NCBI GenBank assembly: GCA_902385255.1
Contig: CABMEV010000010.1
Location: 64,114 to 128,113, forward strand
Length of the DNA stretch: 64,000 bases
Reading direction: 5' to 3'
Origin: Candidatus Tiddalikarchaeum anstoanum
GTDB lineage: Archaea; Nanobdellota; Nanobdellia; Tiddalikarchaeales; Tiddalikarchaeaceae
The stretch's first letter is position 1. Each line of letters begins with the position of its first letter. Both the position numbers and the translations under genes were made by a program. This document shows positions 61,763 to 64,000 of the stretch, in pieces. The notes beneath the pieces are model-generated. The model saw only the letters and a program-made list of their open reading frames with translations. It was not told the DNA's origin and did no database searches.

Positions 61763-61799
61763 CAACTTAATATATTACTGTGGTCATTGTATTTAGTAA

Positions 61800-62570
61800 A
61801 TGAAGAGTAAGCTGTCAATAACGCTGGATGAGAAGATAATAAAATCTTTGGATAAGTACATTGACGGAGTAAATATAAGGAACCGTTCCCAAGCTATAGA
61901 GTTCTTCATATCAAAGCACTTAAGCCAGAACAGGATTGCTGTGATACTGGCGTCGAAGATAGAGCCTTTCAGGATACTTGCTAAGATAAAAGGCCAGCCT
62001 TTGATTATGCATACTGTCAAGCTTCTTCAGTCTTATAATTTCAAGAAGTTGTTCGTGATTGGCGAGAAGGAGATTTTGTCGCAGGTTTTTACTGTTCTTG
62101 GGACCGGGCAGGAGTACTTGATGAGCATAGAGTATGTTGAGGACGTTAATCCGAAGGGTAGTGCTGCGTCTCTTTCGCTTTTGAAGAATAAGGTTGATTC
62201 GACGTTTCTGGTTGTTCCTGCTGATAATTTTTTCAATACTGATATTAATTCGTTCTGGACTTTTCATGTTAAGAGCGGCAAACTGGTTAACTTGGCTATC
62301 TCTGCTGCAAGTAATCCTACGAAGCTTGGTATTATAGACTTACAGGGTGGGAGTATTGTTGGTTTTGAGCAGAAGCCTAAGAAGAGTACGAGTTATCTTA
62401 TCTGGACTGGTATTATGATTTGCGAGCCTGAGATTTTATATTATAACTGCAATTCTATTGAGAAGGATTTGATACCGAAACTTATCTTAACTCGTGACTT
62501 GGGCGGTTTCGTATTTGCAGGCCAGTGGAAGAACATACACACAAAGAAAGACATAGAAGATTTACGCTAA
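61800..62570 (+). CDS. Ribbon-helix-helix domain fused to a degenerate nucleotidyltransferase domain
   Basis: SKLSITLD...IRNRSQAIE (CopG/NikR-like RHH); NTase fold (KGQPLI, KGSA, PADNF, QKP) lacks GxGxR. Confidence 0.82.
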   Translation: MKSKLSITLDEKIIKSLDKYIDGVNIRNRSQAIEFFISKHLSQNRIAVILASKIEPFRILAKIKGQPLIMHTVKLLQSYNFKKLFVIGEKEILSQVFTVLGTGQEYLMSIEYVEDVNPKGSAASLSLLKNKVDSTFLVVPADNFFNTDINSFWTFHVKSGKLVNLAISAASNPTKLGIIDLQGGSIVGFEQKPKKSTSYLIWTGIMICEPEILYYNCNSIEKDLIPKLILTRDLGGFVFAGQWKNIHTKKDIEDLR

Positions 62571-62645
62571 ATTTAGAAATCGCAATTTGTTATCATGACT
62601 GATTCATAATCCTTTAAAAGAATAAAAATTCTTATTTTTTAATTT

Positions 62646-62804
62646 ATGAATAGTCTTAGAATTATACTAATAGTTCTTGGGGTAATAGGTCTGATATTAC
62701 TAATAACTAGTTCTAGTTTTATGAAGCCAGTATTATCTTGCTTTGATATGTCAAACGTGTCTAATACGTTTCAGTTTCAATGCATAGGTTTCTGGTTACA
62801 TTAA
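62646..62804 (+). CDS. Putative 52-aa membrane/secreted peptide
   Basis: Hand translation MNSLRIILIVLGVIGLILLITSSSFMKPVLSCFDMSNVSNTFQFQCIGFWLH; CTTTAAAA box about 27 nt upstream; too short for the ORF track. Confidence 0.45.
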   Translation: MNSLRIILIVLGVIGLILLITSSSFMKPVLSCFDMSNVSNTFQFQCIGFWLH

Positions 62805-62874
62805 CCAACAAAAATTGAGTATTCAAGCTGATTTATTGTGCAAAGCCGTGTTTAGAGTTAAATATATAAATAAG

Positions 62875-62889
62875 TATTACTTCGTAATA
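62875..62889. promoter_or_regulatory. Inverted repeat TATTAC-ttc-GTAATA between TATA box and start codon (candidate operator)
   Basis: Follows TATATAAA (62863-62870) and precedes ATG 62895; shares the TACTT(G/C)GTA core with the 61740 palindrome. Confidence 0.5.
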
Positions 62890-62894
62890 TGTTT

Positions 62895-63746
62895 ATGATT
62901 GTTCGTGAACGAATTTCTCTAACAATAGATAAAAACGTCCTGGCGGCAGTTGACGCCACAGTAGACGGCAATAAAGTACGCAACAGAAGCCATGCAATGG
63001 AGGTCTTACTCTCAAAGGCACTGGGCAACAAGCGCGTGAAGAGGGCATTCATACTCGCAGGCGGCAAAGGCACAAGACTTAGGCCCATAACTTACGAAAT
63101 ACCTAAACCAATGGTGCCAATACACGGAAAACCATTATTACAGCACACCGTAGAACTATTGAAAAAATATGACATCAGAGATATCATAATCTCAATAGGA
63201 TTCTTAGGAGAAAAAATCCAGGAATACTTCGGCAATGGCTCAAAATTTGGAGTCAAAATAAGCTACGTAAAAGAAGACGAACCTCTCGGAACAGCAGGAC
63301 CACTTAAGATTGCAAAACCATTACTTGAAGACGCGCACTTCGTCATGATAAACGGAGACAACTTATTCAACATAGACTTGTTCGATATGATAAGCACACA
63401 CTTCGAAAACGGGGCTGTAGCAACAATAGCATTAACATCAGTTAGCGATCCGACAAAATTCGGAGTAGCACAGCTAAAAGGGAGAAAGATACTGAAATTC
63501 ATAGAAAAACCCAAGCTTGAAGAAGCACCTTCCAATTTAATCAATGCAGGAGTATACTTATTCTCGCCGAAAATATTCGATTACCTGCCTGAAAACAAAA
63601 AAAATATTATGATAGAAACAGAAGTTTTCCCAAAACTCTTAGAGAAAGGAGAGTTCTATGGCTACGTCATGGAGGGACAATGGCTTCCGGCAGGAACACC
63701 TGAAGAGTATGAGAAAGCAATACAAGAATGGAGAGATATAGAATGA
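62895..63746 (+). CDS. Ribbon-helix-helix domain fused to a sugar-phosphate (mannose-1-P guanylyltransferase-like) nucleotidyltransferase
   Basis: ERISLTID...VRNRSHAME (RHH), then ILAGGKGTRLRP..IPKPM, EPLGTAG, NGD, EKP, INAGVY; start 62895 (or 62889) by TATA spacing. Confidence 0.88.
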   Translation: MIVRERISLTIDKNVLAAVDATVDGNKVRNRSHAMEVLLSKALGNKRVKRAFILAGGKGTRLRPITYEIPKPMVPIHGKPLLQHTVELLKKYDIRDIIISIGFLGEKIQEYFGNGSKFGVKISYVKEDEPLGTAGPLKIAKPLLEDAHFVMINGDNLFNIDLFDMISTHFENGAVATIALTSVSDPTKFGVAQLKGRKILKFIEKPKLEEAPSNLINAGVYLFSPKIFDYLPENKKNIMIETEVFPKLLEKGEFYGYVMEGQWLPAGTPEEYEKAIQEWRDIE

Positions 63747-64000
63747 GCATATTCAAATCTTATGACATCCGCGGAGTTTACCCAACAGAGATAAACGAAG
63801 AAAACGTATACAAGATAGCAAGGGCATACATTGAATTTACAAAATTCAGAAAAATAGTAGTCGGCCGCGACATGAGACTCTCCTCACCAATGCTTTACTC
63901 TGCAATAGTAAGAGGATTAATAGACCAGGGAACTGAAGTAATAGACGTCGGCGAAGTCAGCACTCCGATGTTTTACTACGCAGTAAACAAACTTGACGCT
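63743..64000 (+). CDS. manB: Phosphomannomutase/phosphoglucomutase (runs off the window)
   Basis: Hand translation MSIFKSYDIRGVYP...VVGRDMRLSSP...DVGEVSTPMFYYA; ATGA overlap with the upstream gene. Confidence 0.9.
   Translation, partial: MSIFKSYDIRGVYPTEINEENVYKIARAYIEFTKFRKIVVGRDMRLSSPMLYSAIVRGLIDQGTEVIDVGEVSTPMFYYAVNKLDA

Noticed and set aside
1225-63544. Many short antisense or alternate-frame ORFs nested in the long genes
   Set aside because: They have no motifs and show the Ser/Ile/Phe-rich composition typical of reverse-frame shadows in AT-rich DNA
1-64000. CRISPR arrays, tRNA/rRNA genes, transposases/integrases, stop-codon recoding
   Set aside because: No spaced repeats, GC-rich structured islands or recombinase motifs were seen, and recognisable genes are full-length in the standard code; a small RNA could still be missed by eye

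Overview
This is an AT-rich, gene-dense archaeal chromosomal segment. Evidence for archaea: Cdc6/Orc1, AglB, AglH, type II MetAP, EndoQ, and TATA boxes about 25 nt before start codons. A DPANN (Nanobdellota/Woesearchaeota-like) origin is inferred from gene content and style, not demonstrated. There are three blocks. (1) 1-12.8 kb: a truncated B12-binding radical SAM gene, mgtA, and a two-component island with a 1798-aa kinase (about 11 PAS domains), three stand-alone receivers, an orphan membrane sensor-like protein and a 7TM kinase with a degenerate ATPase domain. (2) 12.8-28.2 kb: housekeeping genes (EndoQ, ferredoxin, topA, ugd, map, ppaC, pcm, cdc6) and hypotheticals. (3) 28.2-64 kb: a roughly 36-kb N-glycosylation/surface-glycan locus with aglB, aglH, many GT2/GT4, GT-C, flippases, wecB/wecC, UXS, an epimerase, four methyltransferases, two more B12 radical SAM enzymes and four nucleotidyltransferase paralogs. 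The best candidate for an undescribed system is a pair of ribbon-helix-helix::nucleotidyltransferase fusions, one clearly catalytically degenerate, whose promoters both contain palindromes with a TAC-TT(G/C)-GTA core; this suggests nucleotide-sugar-sensing transcriptional control of glycosylation. No rRNA, tRNA, CRISPR array or mobile element was recognised. All calls come from motif reading by eye; no database searches were run.
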